A DNA stretch of 63,510 nucleotides, counting the filler. It is 10 parts of 10 records of this genome, joined end to end, with 100 filler letters (N's around TTAATTAATTAA, not from the genome) between each part and the next. Parts side by side here need not be neighbours in the genome. Positions count along the whole stretch, not along the records: positions 35,638 to 43,859 come from SRR7504441_5503; positions 43,960 to 47,646 come from SRR7504441_5506; positions 47,747 to 55,713 come from SRR7504441_5507; 7 more parts are not named here. One strand, written 5' to 3'. Positions 36,958-47,865 of the stretch are shown here, in pieces. Made by a program: the position numbers and the translations under genes. Position 1 is the first letter of the stretch. Every line of letters begins with the position of its first letter. The notes below the pieces were generated by a model. That model worked only from the letters and a program-made list of their open reading frames with translations. It made no database searches and was not told the origin of the DNA.

Positions 36958-38394
36958 ATGAAGGGCGTCTCTGGACTGGGGAGCGTTCTGAGGGCGGCAG
37001 GCGCGGTGGCAGCACCACCTGCCCAGCTGGCTAGGCCAGCGCGCCGGTTCGCCAGCCGCCGTCCGGCGACCGAGGCGATCCACGCAGGGGAGGACCACCG
37101 GGCGGGCCACAAGGCCAGTGCGCCGGACATCTGCGTCTCCACCACCTTCTCCGTCGACCGGCTTGTCTCCTTCGACGCGGCCGCCCAGCCCGACGAGGCG
37201 GCGTACGTGTACACTCGCTGGGGCAACCCGACGATCGCGGCGCTGGAGGCCAAGCTCTGCGCGCTGGAGGGGGCCGAGGCCGGGCTGGCATTCGCGAGTG
37301 GGATGGCCGCGAGCACCGCAGTGCTGCTCGGGGGGCTATCGGCGGGGGACCACTGCGTGGCCTCCGAGATCGCCTACCCGGGCACCGCCGAGCTGCTCCG
37401 GAACACGCTCCCTCGGCTGGGCATAGCGGTCAGCCTGGTGGACAGCTCGCGGCTGGACGAGGTGCAGGCAGCGCTCCGCCCGGAGACTAAGATGATCTGG
37501 GTCGAGACGCCGGCGAACCCGATCCTCCGGTTGACCGACATCGCCGGAGTGGCCCGGCTGGCCCCCCCGGGCTGTGCGGTTGCGGTGGACTCGACCTTTG
37601 GCACGCCGGTCGCGACTCGGCCGCTTGAGCTCGGGGCCGACCTCGTGGTGCACAGCCTGACCAAGTACATTGGCGGGCACGGGGACGCGCTCGGGGGCGC
37701 CGTGCTCGGGCGGAGCGGCGAGATGGTCCGGCGGCTGAGCGACGAGGCCTCGATCCATTTTGGGGCGACAATCTCAGTGAGTGTGCCAGGGGCGGGGGAG
37801 GGGCGAACCGGGGCAGCCAATCAACGCGTGGCTGATCGGGCGCGGGCTGGCTACTCTGCCGGTCCGGATGCGGTGAACCATGCGGCTGGCGGGCAGCAGG
37901 CGCGGCAGGGCACATGAGGAGAACGCGAAGAGGCTAAGTGGGTTCCTGGAGAGCCACCCGGCCGTGGAGAGGGTGCTGTACCCAGGGCTGGCCAGCCACC
38001 CGCAGCACCAGCTGGCCGCCAACCAGATGGACAATTATGGCGGAATGATTGCGTTCCAGGCAGCCGTGCCCGGGCTGAATATAGGACCGAGCGGGTGCAG
38101 GTGCGAGGGGACGCAGTCAAGCTGGCCGAGGCGATGATGGGTCCGGACGGGCTGCAGCTGATCCACTACGCGGTCTCGCTCGGGCACCACCGATCGCTGA
38201 TCTTCTTGATCGAGACCGCCGAGGTCATGCGCACCTCGTTCCGGTTAGAGGGCCAGGCCGAGATGAAGCGGTGCGAGGAGAGGTACAGGGCGGTCGCTGG
38301 CGATGGGGTGTTTCGGTTCTCGGTCGGGCTCGAGGACGCTGACGATTTGATCGAGGATTTGGGCTCGGTGCTCGACAAGCACACCGTTTCGTAG
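36958..38394 (+). CDS. Cys/Met metabolism PLP enzyme (methionine gamma-lyase / cystathionine gamma-synthase-like) with a mitochondrial-type presequence
   Basis: YTRWGNPT, FASGMAA, ETPANP, VDSTF, HSLTKYIGGHGD, YPGLASHP, VSLG, RFSVGLED; 3 short introns. Confidence 0.9.
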
Positions 38395-38588
38395 GATCTA
38401 CTCGTATTAATTAATTAAAATGGTGGACCCGCGAATGCTTCATGCACGTACGTATGTTAACAAGTCAATACTCTCCGCATCCGTGTTTTAATGGCGTTAC
38501 ATGTACGCAGTATGACATTGTACTGCGTAGCCGGGTTTACATGGCTTCGAACAAGTGCGGACAGTGTGGAGCTCGAGCCCTTCCTTCA

Positions 38589-39242
38589 TCACCTTGGCCG
38601 CAAATCCCTCACGGTGGGAGGCGGACCACCCGCATAGTGAGCCATCCAGCCATCCCGAGGCGGCCAATCCAAATGATCCTCCTTAGAACACGGGCGGTGG
38701 TGCAGCACGGCCGTGTCGTCAACTAAGATCCAGCCCTCCTCCCAGCCCTCCGCTTGGTCGTGGCGCGAACGGCACAGGAAGTACCCTCCGTGGTCCAGCG
38801 ACACAAACAACGGACTTCCTGCGCTGAGTGCGCTGACTGGGCATACACAATCGCACTCTTCCAACTGTTGGGTGTCCATGAGCGGCTCAAAGAAGCTGCC
38901 TGAGGTGCCTACGCGCAGCACGGCTCGTCTCAGACGCACTCGTAGCTGATGGTACGCTGGAAGTCGTTGCTTTTCCTCCTCGGAGTCCTCGTCGTCGTCG
39001 CCCCAAGAGTTATGTGGAAAGTAGTGCTTCAAGAGCTGCGTCCACTTTGCTGTGTCATCCGCAGTCTGCGTTGTCACGGCGTTTCGCAGCCCGGAACACG
39101 ACAGTGCAACAGTACGCAGCTCTCTCAGGGCGGTTGTGGGACTGTCGCAGATTGTTTCGCACAGATGGGCAACCACGATGTCTCGCACACCAGCTGGCAG
39201 TCCCAACAGTGACTTCTCAGACGAGTGAGGCGGCCCTGCCAT
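38589..39242 (-). CDS. Hypothetical protein with an F-box-like N-terminus
   Basis: LLGLPAGVRDIVVAHL…LRTVALSCSGLR; intronless ORF of 217 aa. Confidence 0.55.
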   Translation of the reverse strand: MAGPPHSSEKSLLGLPAGVRDIVVAHLCETICDSPTTALRELRTVALSCSGLRNAVTTQTADDTAKWTQLLKHYFPHNSWGDDDEDSEEEKQRLPAYHQLRVRLRRAVLRVGTSGSFFEPLMDTQQLEECDCVCPVSALSAGSPLFVSLDHGGYFLCRSRHDQAEGWEEGWILVDDTAVLHHRPCSKEDHLDWPPRDGWMAHYAGGPPPTVRDLRPR

Positions 39243-39386
39243 ACCCAGCTGGTTAACGGCAAAAGCAGCTGAGCTCGCAGCTGCGCGCTGGGCTCTGCAC
39301 CTCTGTAGCCGCAGTAGTCACGCGCACCGGGCAGTGCCGCGCTCGCCAACTCCCTCAGGCCCTCTGCCCGGGGAGGCGACCGCAGC

Positions 39387-42300
39387 ATGACCCGCGTCGA
39401 GCTGGGCGACTCGTCTGACGAGGACGAGTTCGACCGGGGCGACAGCGCCTCCGTGGCCACCGGAGTGCACGACGAGGACGACGAGTCGCAGTTCGGGGGC
39501 CCGGTCTATTTGACGCAACCGGCGCCCCCGAGGGCCGAGCCGGCCGCATGGTACAGCCAGCCCGAGCTCGAGCCGGTGCCGGAGGACGAGCTGCCGGACG
39601 CGCCGCTGCAGGCCAGCCCGCCAAAGCCGAATCGCGGACTGGTCTGGGAGAAGAAAGCCCGGCCCCCGCCCCGGCAGCGATGGGCGGCCAGCCCAGTGCA
39701 GCACTCCCCGGGCGTGTCGATGGCGCCGGCGGGCGAGCGGCGGGAGGTGGGCACCCAGTTCCCGGACGACAGGCCGGTCGAGGACGAGTTCGACGAGGAG
39801 GAGTTCCAGCCGGAGCCCGGTGCCCCCCGCCGGCTGCCCGCAGCTGACCCGGCGTGCAGTGATGGAGCGCCGCCCGCGCGCGGCCCGGCTGACTGTGCCG
39901 ACGGGGTCTGAGATGGACGGCGACCAGATCGACGAGCACAAGTTCTGGGGGTTTGATCTGATGTTCCAGTTCTCCTGGGAGCGGATGGAGGAGCTCTCCA
40001 ACGTGCGGCCGCCCCGCCGGGCCGGTGGCGACTGGGGCTGGTCGCAGGAGCGCGAGAACCGGGGCCGGTTGTATGAGAAGGGGCTGCTGGCGTGTGAGGA
40101 CGAGCTGGCTGACGAGCGGAAGCTGGCTGACATGAGCCCGCGATCCCGGCTGATTTGGGGCGATCTAGGCCCGGCCATGTTCGCGGCCCGGTGCGAGGCG
40201 GCCGGGCTGTTCACATCGGTCTCCTCCGACTGGACCTCGGTCTATGTGCGTGTTGGTGCCTGCCACGCCTGGCAACCCGAGCTGACCGGGCCCCAGGCGC
40301 GACCTGGGAGCGGTACGAGGAGGAGGCCGAGCGGATTGGGCTGCGCAAGCGGATCAAGCAAGAGTGCGCCCGGCCGGCGTGCGCCCGGGCGAGCCAGTGG
40401 ATTCAGGTGGATGAACCCCAAGATTGAAAGGCCGGAGCAGTTCAGAGAAGATGGGCTGGCCGACGAGGTGCGCGCCTGGCCGGCCTGCACGGACCAGGCC
40501 GGCAGGACCCGCTGCGGCCGCCGATGAGCGAGCGGGAGATGGCGATATACCTGCCGTTTGAGCGGGAGATCCGACAGTGCTTCGCGTACTCGCTGCTCTC
40601 TCCGAATTCTCTGTTCAGCTCGGCTGAGCGCCAGATCCTGAGCACCAGTATCCTGGAGGCCGGGATCGAAAAGGGCGGGGCCCAGATCAGCATCGAGAGC
40701 GACGTGACCAAGTGGGGCTACAACGACGGGGCCCCAATCTGCCTGCCGGATTACGAGGAACGCGACCGGCTCGAGCGGACCTGGTGCTCGGCCTTCCCGT
40801 TTGGGTCATACAGCGGGGTGTTCTGGCGGAAGCAGCCGTTACACGAGATCCGGGAGTACTTTGGGGAGGAGATCGCGCTGTACTATGCCTGGATGGACCA
40901 CTACATCATCTGGCTGGTCCCGCTCTCGATTGTCGGGGCGGTCTGCTGGATGGTGTACATGCTAGACCCTATCAACAAGCACCTGGAGAACGCGCTGGTG
41001 TTCTACGGCACGTTCGTCATCTTCTGGGGGGTGCTATTTCTCGAGTTCTGGAACCGGAAGGAAGCCGACCTAGTGTTTATGTGGGACTGCCTCGATCGTG
41101 AGCAGGGCTACAGGGAGCACTGGGACTTCCCGAACCGATCGTATCTGAAGAAGAATCCGATCACTCAGGAGTTTGAAAACTACTTTGACCCGCTCGAGCG
41201 GAACACCCGGATCAACTGGTCGATGGCAGTGATGTTCTTTGTGATGCTGATTGGGTTCGGGCTTAGCGTTGGCACGATCATCCTGGGCGGGTACCTGCAG
41301 GACAAGATCACGATCCACAAGGCGGTTGGCCCAGGGATCGCGGCCTTCTGCCTGGTGGTGATGCAGCAGACCACCACGCTTGCCTGGGAGAAGGTGTCCA
41401 CCTGGCTGACCGACTGGGAGACCCATCGGTACACAGTCGAGTACAACCAAGCGCTCGGGTTCAAGATGTTTGGGTACGAGATGGTCAATAAGTTCGGGGC
41501 CATCTTCTTCATCGCCTTCTTCAAAGGCCCGCTCGACGGCTGGATCGGGATCAAGGGCTGCCGGGACGTGAATGGCGAGCCGACCGGGAACAACTTTTGC
41601 GACTACGAGCTCATGATGCAGCTGCTGGTCGTGTTCATTGTGGACATTAGCGTCGGACAGGTTGGGGAGGTGCTCTACCCGTTGGTCAAGCTCAAGTGCA
41701 AGCACATGGAGATGGAACCAGGAGACAGCTCATTCGAGGAGAACTTCCTCAATCCGGTGGCCAGCGACGTAAAAGACGCCGAGATAGGGGTCAACATGAT
41801 CGAAATGAAGGACGTCCAGAACGTCAAGACCAAGGAGAGCCATCTGGAGGGGCTGGATGAGTTCGAGCTACAGGAGCGAGCCGAGCGAATGGTCGAATTT
41901 TACGCGCATCGGGCCATGCGCGGCGACCCGGGGGCGACCGAGCGGAACTGGATCATGGAGGACCAGGAGAACGAGGCAGAAAAGGACAACTTTTGGATGG
42001 ATGGCGGCCCGAACTTGGACTACATGGAAATGATCATCCAGTTCGGGTGACTCCTTCGAACGGACTTGTTTGATTGGCTCGGCAGGTTTGTGAGCCTGTT
42101 CTCGATGGGCTGCCCGCTCATTGTGTTCTTAGCGCTGGTCAACAACCTTATCGAGATCCGTACCGATTCTTTCACCATGAACAAAGCCATGCAGGTGCCC
42201 TCGTGTCCCCTGCCCTCTGATGCCATCGCCAACGCAGCGACCTCAGTTCCGCCGAGCAAAGAGCATCGGTACCTGGAAGGCGGCTCTCAACTTCATGGTG

Positions 42301-43015
42301 CCAGCCGGATGCGCAGGCGCAGGCTCACCCAAAGATTAGGTGTGGTCTGCCATCATCTTCAATGTGGTGCTCATCTTTTACTTCAACCAGTACAAGTCTG
42401 GCGACCCATGGTTCGACCGCACCGACAACCTGGCGCTGGTCGCGATCGTCGTGGCCGTGGAGCACCTGATCATTCTGTTGAAGGTGCGGCGTGCGCTCGG
42501 CGTGCGCATTGACACTCTGTGTGTGCCTGGCAGTTGGTGGCAGAGCACATGATCCCAGATCAGACGGAATGGCTGCAGCAGGCTGTCGAAGGGTCACCAT
42601 GCATTATTATTATCTTGCATTGGGCCCAGAGAAGACCCGGCTCCCCCGCTGCATCATATATACACAGCTGCGCTGGCGGCCGTCTGACCTGGGTCTGTGT
42701 TGCAGGAGACAGGCCGTGGAAAAGCATGTACACAAGAAGGCAATGAAGATTGCAGGTTGTCAGGCTGGGAAGACTCCAGAGTACCTAATGTGGGAGGCGG
42801 ATAGAAAGGACAAGATCCACAATAGCAACGCTGCCAAGAAGGGGAAAATCGAGACAGAATTCAAAAAGTACCCAGAGTTGCAGAAGATGAGGCTCGCTGT
42901 CAGATCCAAATACCAGCAGCAGCTGAAGGAGACCGAAGAGGCTGCTGTGGAGGAGATGGCGGAGGCAGAACGAGAGCGGCAACTCGAACAGGAGAGAGAC
43001 GATGCTGCGGACTAG
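39387..43015 (+). CDS. Anoctamin/TMEM16-family channel or scramblase
   Basis: QPLHEIREYFGEEIALYYAW, FLEFWNRK, LTDWETHR, DYMEMIIQFG, NNLIEIRTD, SIGTW, IPD. Confidence 0.93.
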
Positions 43016-43439
43016 TTGATCATTCGTTCCCTCTTTGTCCTTTCTAAACGCTTACGACGTTTGGCACTCAGGAATCGACCTAGCACGACAACTTTATTTA
43101 TAAATAGAAATACAACGACGAGCTCCCTACTGCGTGGAGATTTCTCTGCCTCGCTCGTGTCTCGACCGTGTTCTCATCACCACACGAGATCCGCAGAGGC
43201 TGATTTCCAGCCACTATTCGGGCCCGGAATTTCTCTCCGCGCGCAGCGTTTCCTCTGTTCGCTCAGGGACGTTCGGAAGTTCCGCGTTCGTGTAGGTTTG
43301 TGGCTTGAGAGAGATCGAGAAAATCACGCACGCGCAGCTCCAGCCGCCCGATCTAGGGGAGGAGGCCCAATGCGAACCTTCAGAATGATGGGCCGCGCAT
43401 TGCCTACACACTGACCAGGACGACGGCTGGTGGATCAAG

Positions 43440-43859
43440 ATGCCGCCAATAGGCTTCAGCGGCTCAGATGATGCACCGAGCACAGATGAGCTCCGGCCGC
43501 TGCTCGTGGTGCCTGCTGAGCCGGAGCCAACCCAGCCCGCCCAAGGCACGGTGATGCAAATGCTCCAGCACTGGTGCCGGTTGCAGCCCGATAAGACGCT
43601 GTACACCTGGCTGGACGACCAGGGCCGCGAGCACACCAGTTGGAGCTATCGGGAGCTCGAGCAGCGGGCCTACGCAGTATGTCACGCGCTCCTCGATGAC
43701 TGGGGCTGCAGACTAGGCGACCGCGTCATTCTGATGTATCTGCCGGGTCTAGACTTCGCCGCCGCATTCTGGGGCTGCCTCTTCGCCGGCGTGGTAGCAG
43801 TGCCGGTGTATCCAGTTGACCTCCGCAACTTCGAGGTGGGTGTGGAGCGGTTCGGCCGG
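43440..43859 (+). CDS. Fatty acyl-AMP ligase-like adenylation enzyme, 5' part (truncated)
   Basis: QPDKTLYTWL, SYRELEQRA, GDRVILMYLPGLDFAAAFWGCLFAGVVAVPVYP. Confidence 0.85.
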
Positions 43860-43959
43860 NNNNNNNNNNNNNNNNNNNNNNNNNNNNNNNNNNNNNNNNN
43901 NNNTTAATTAATTAANNNNNNNNNNNNNNNNNNNNNNNNNNNNNNNNNNNNNNNNNNNN
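43860..43959. other. Artificial contig linker
   Basis: N44-TTAATTAATTAA-N44. Confidence 0.98.
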
Positions 43960-43989
43960 TTCACGCTTTTCTTTTTTTTTCTGCTCAGC
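43960..43989 (+). repeat. Left copy of a 30-nt inverted terminal repeat, TTCACGCTTTTCTTTTTTTTTCTGCTCAGC
   Basis: Exact reverse complement of 47617-47646. Confidence 0.95.
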
Positions 43990-44013
43990 ACAAAAGTGCC
44001 CGGTGGGGTGGGT

Positions 44014-44982
44014 ATGGCCCCCGTTTCCGTGCTGCTGTCGCTGCTCAGCGCAGCCTGCGCTGTCGGTAGCCCGCAAGCGCCGTGCGAGCCCAAGTTCAAC
44101 ACCACCTGCGCCAGCACGGCCAGCTGCGCCAAGTCGGCGTACTCTGGCACTGGCATGGCCTGCTGTCCGCTGCCCAACGCTGTCGACTGCGAGACTCCGC
44201 TGGGCAGCTGCTGCCCCAAGGGTCACACCTGTGAAAAGACCGGCTCTGGCTGGGAGGTTGTGGTCAGCTGCAAGCCAGAGGGCGGCGGGGCTGCCGTCCC
44301 AGGCACGCCCGCCTGTAAGCCGGGAGCTACCAACCGGATGAGCAAGACCCGGAAGAACTGCCTTATCATCGGCGATTCTGTCTCGCTGGGCTACACTCCG
44401 TTCCTCGCCGCCGCGCTGGCTGCGGACTGTGTGGTGCAGCACGCGCCTAGCGGGGGGGATGGCGGTGCTGAGGAGACCGCCTACGGACTCGAGTGTCTGG
44501 GCTCGTTTCTCTCCAACCCGGACGGACAGGCCGTCCATCCGGAGCTGATCATGTTCAACTTTGGCCTGCACGATGGCCCATGCAACGGAGTCAACACAAC
44601 CATCCCCGGCGGTGCAGGCCCTAGCGCGGTCTACCAACCGGAGCTGACTCAGATCGCAGCGAAGCTGAAAGCCCATACAGCCGCCACTAAGGCCAAGCTC
44701 CTCTTCGCCTTGACCACTCCCTGGCTCTGCTCGGCCTCTACAGATGCACTGATCCAAAAGCTCAACGGCGAGGCCGCCGAGGTGATGAAGGCCGCCAACA
44801 TCCCCACGGTCGATTTGCACGCCGCCGTTGTAGGGAAATGTGGCACGGCCCCCGTGGCGGAGTGCTTCGCTGCAAAGTCGTGCTTTTGTCCGCACTGCCC
44901 GGGCGGCGGGAATGCAGGGGGCTACTCGTGGCTCGTGAACAATAGCTTAGCCCCAGCCATCCGCGGTCTGTTACGTACATAA
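44014..44982 (+). CDS. Secreted SGNH/GDSL hydrolase with an N-terminal granulin-like Cys domain
   Basis: Signal peptide; CCPLPNAVDC…CCPKGHTC; IIGDSVSLGY; FNFGLHD; CPHC in the block V position. Confidence 0.85.
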   Translation: MAPVSVLLSLLSAACAVGSPQAPCEPKFNTTCASTASCAKSAYSGTGMACCPLPNAVDCETPLGSCCPKGHTCEKTGSGWEVVVSCKPEGGGAAVPGTPACKPGATNRMSKTRKNCLIIGDSVSLGYTPFLAAALAADCVVQHAPSGGDGGAEETAYGLECLGSFLSNPDGQAVHPELIMFNFGLHDGPCNGVNTTIPGGAGPSAVYQPELTQIAAKLKAHTAATKAKLLFALTTPWLCSASTDALIQKLNGEAAEVMKAANIPTVDLHAAVVGKCGTAPVAECFAAKSCFCPHCPGGGNAGGYSWLVNNSLAPAIRGLLRT

Positions 44983-45180
44983 TATTCGTTTGATTCATTA
45001 AAAACTTCGACTCACTCCGTACTCGAACGTACTTCAGATTTCAGTTTAAGTACGAGTACGTATCGAGTGCGAATTCTCTTGCTTACTCGCATTACTCGTA
45101 CTTACTGTCAGTACTCGTACTTTAGTTACTGCTTGAGTACATTTAATTCGGCGTTTCAAGACCAAATGCGTTCTAAACAA

Positions 45181-47617
45181 TTAACTACAAGAGCAATGGC
45201 CGTCCAAGTCACAGGAGAGCATTGCAGCTCCGGCAATATCGATTACGCACTCGATCGGCGTGACGCTCAAGCAGCCATCGCTTGAAATGCCGACTTGAAC
45301 TCGCTCTCCTCGACTACCGAGCACTGCCACGCTTTTGAAGCGCGACGAGCCGCTGTGGCTCGACCAGTTGGCAAAGCGCTGGGGTGAGATCGCGATGATC
45401 TTATTGAGCTCTCCAACGAAGATCGGCCCCACTGCAACAGGCACCAGGGTCCACAGGTCGAACCCAATACAGTAGTCCTGGCCATAGCCCGACTTGCAGC
45501 TGGTTGGCCTTGCATTCACTGCGAATTCAAACGGGTGGTCGTTATTCACCGGCTTCATTTGACCGCTGTAGTACTCACGAGCGCAGAACTGCTCGGGCAA
45601 CGATTGCGCCTTCTGCAGCACTCTAAGGTCTGACATCGGAAGGGTGCGTGGCTTCGAGACGTTGGCGCCAAACAGCACAAAGCTGCCTGCCAGGCTGAGA
45701 GGCGCCGCCCACAGGTGCGCTGCCCCGAGGTCGTTATCAGCCAAGCCAGCCACGGCAGCAACAAAGCTTGAGTCGGTGTTGCGCGCTGGGCGAGTCGGTT
45801 TGAGTAGAGTACCGTCGGCCCGACACACCTGCATCAGCCGCGTCCTGTTCGCAAGCCCAATCCGATCTGCAAACCCGACAGGCCCCGCGAGCAGTGCTGA
45901 AACCACCGTCTGCAGCTCCGGGTCGGCTTCGGTCGCCGGACTCCAGTCGCTGCCCGGCTCATTAGTGACAGACCAGAACGAGTCCTTGAACGGCACCAGA
46001 CCGACTGACCAGTAGAGCAAGCTGGTCATCCCGGTGGAGCTCCACTGCTCGGAGTCGTCTGAGCGGCTTTGGCCATAGTCGTGACTGGCCCGGGCATGCG
46101 TCACACGCGGGAATGCAGCCGAATGGAGAATGTGCCTGGGCAGGGCCATGCAGTACTGAATCGTCACGTTCTCGGTCTCAGCGGCCTCGGCCATGGCTGC
46201 TAGCCAGGCCGCAGCCAGCCCAGGCTCTTGCTGCAGCGGGGTGCACGCCTCATACTGCCTTGCCAGGAAGTCTTGCTCATAGGTACCCATCCCGAGTCCG
46301 GCTTTGGCACGCGAGAAAATATGCTCAAAAAGCCTCCTATCCAAGCTCACAGCCACTCCGGAGCCTACTGTCCAGTTCAGCCCGGTTAGGTTGGACATGC
46401 CGGGCGCCCTGCCGGTGATGTAGTCGTTATCAGACTCAAACCATCGAGAGTGGGTGATCGTGGGCAGCCCCGACAGCCGGAGCCACGAGTCCGGCGGCCC
46501 GTTCACTTCCGGGCCCCCGAGAGTCGAAGGCAGCGGCTCCCATAGCTTGATCCCCTCCTGGGCTCCCTTATAGTACCACCACGAATCAAACTGCACCGCT
46601 CCCACCGGAATCCGACGCTCGGTGAACTCAGTTTGAAGCATCCTAAGTGTAGCACGGTAGCCGGTACCATTGAATGGCAGCGGCGGGATCACTTTCGGGC
46701 ACTCAGCTCTGCTGCAGCAGGTGCGGTTGCTCGGGCAGCTTCCGTTGGCAGTCCGGTAGTAGTAAAATCCACCGTTGTCCATATAGTACGACAACTGGCG
46801 GAGCCCAGGATCCCTCACTGCTCGATCCATCGAAGGACGGCTTTTGTGACCACCTGCAGCTCGCATTACAAAGTCGCCCCACAGCTCCATCGCGGCTGTC
46901 AGGCTGTCCCCCGCCACCACCAGCGTCTCGTGCACGTGCCCGGCCGGCACTGCCCTGAGCGTGCCCTGCAGCCCACAGCTAAAGTTCCCTCGCATCACCT
47001 GACTGGCCGTCTGACAGGCCGTGAAGAAATCTCGAAGCGGCGAGATCACCAGTGCCTTCCCGTCGTCTGCCACCAGCACCAGCGGCATCCCTGACCCGTC
47101 CGTATCCCCCCGCTTTCCCCGGGACGTGCCCCGCCGGTTCGCATCGTCGAGCCCGAAGGCGGTGCCGGCTCGCCACCGGAAAACCCTCGAGTTTTGGAGC
47201 TGGATCCCTTGGTACATGAGCACCGCCACGTCCCTGGCCAGCCGGCTGAATGACGGGAACCCACTTACCACTTCGTCAGTGCTGCCGTTCCGGTTGCGGG
47301 GCTCTAGCCCGGAGGGGAATCGCTGGATCAGCAGCTTGACCTCGGCATGCGCCGTGTACGACCGGACGGCGGTCTGCCAGCGCAACTGCCCGCCGGTCCA
47401 CTCCAGCCCACGCTCGGCGTACTGGCCACCCAGGCGGTCGTTCCCGGTCCGGACTGGCAGCTTTGTCGGGGAGAGCGCGGTGCAGCCGGTGGCGGCCAGG
47501 GCGGCGCAGTCGGAGGAGAACCAGCGGGCCTGGTGCCGGGCGGCGACGGTGTCGGCCCCGAGCCAAGGTTGGCCGTCCATGCTGAGCCAGAGCAGCTGAG
47601 AGGCAGTCCACACAGCG
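45181..47617 (-). CDS. Large putative glycoside hydrolase (GH27/GH36 clan-D-like TIM barrel); 5' exon missing
   Basis: 810-codon ORF; DNGGFYYY, QFDSWWY, YEQDFL, QYCM, RASHDY, PFKD, GPVGFAD, DGTLLKP. Confidence 0.65.
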
Positions 47618-47646
47618 CTGAGCAGAAAAAAAAAGAAAAGCGTGAA
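47617..47646 (-). repeat. Right copy of the 30-nt inverted terminal repeat
   Basis: GCTGAGCAGAAAAAAAAAGAAAAGCGTGAA. Confidence 0.95.
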
Positions 47647-47746
47647 NNNNNNNNNNNNNNNNNNNNNNNNNNNNNNNNNNNNNNNNNNNNTTAATTAATT
47701 AANNNNNNNNNNNNNNNNNNNNNNNNNNNNNNNNNNNNNNNNNNNN
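47647..47746. other. Artificial contig linker
   Basis: N44-TTAATTAATTAA-N44. Confidence 0.98.
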
Positions 47747-47865
47747 GGTGCAATACAGACTATTGATTGATTGATACACGTATAACTTATTTGAACATGA
47801 AGAATCACTTATCTATCAATTATCTACTTAGAAGCATATGATCATCATCTGATCCGTAATCTAGA

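Noticed and set aside
38407-38418. TTAATTAATTAA without flanking Ns
   Set aside because: Same 12-mer as the linker core, but it lies in an AT-rich 3' spacer with no Ns; most simply a natural low-complexity sequence, although a collapsed linker cannot be fully excluded
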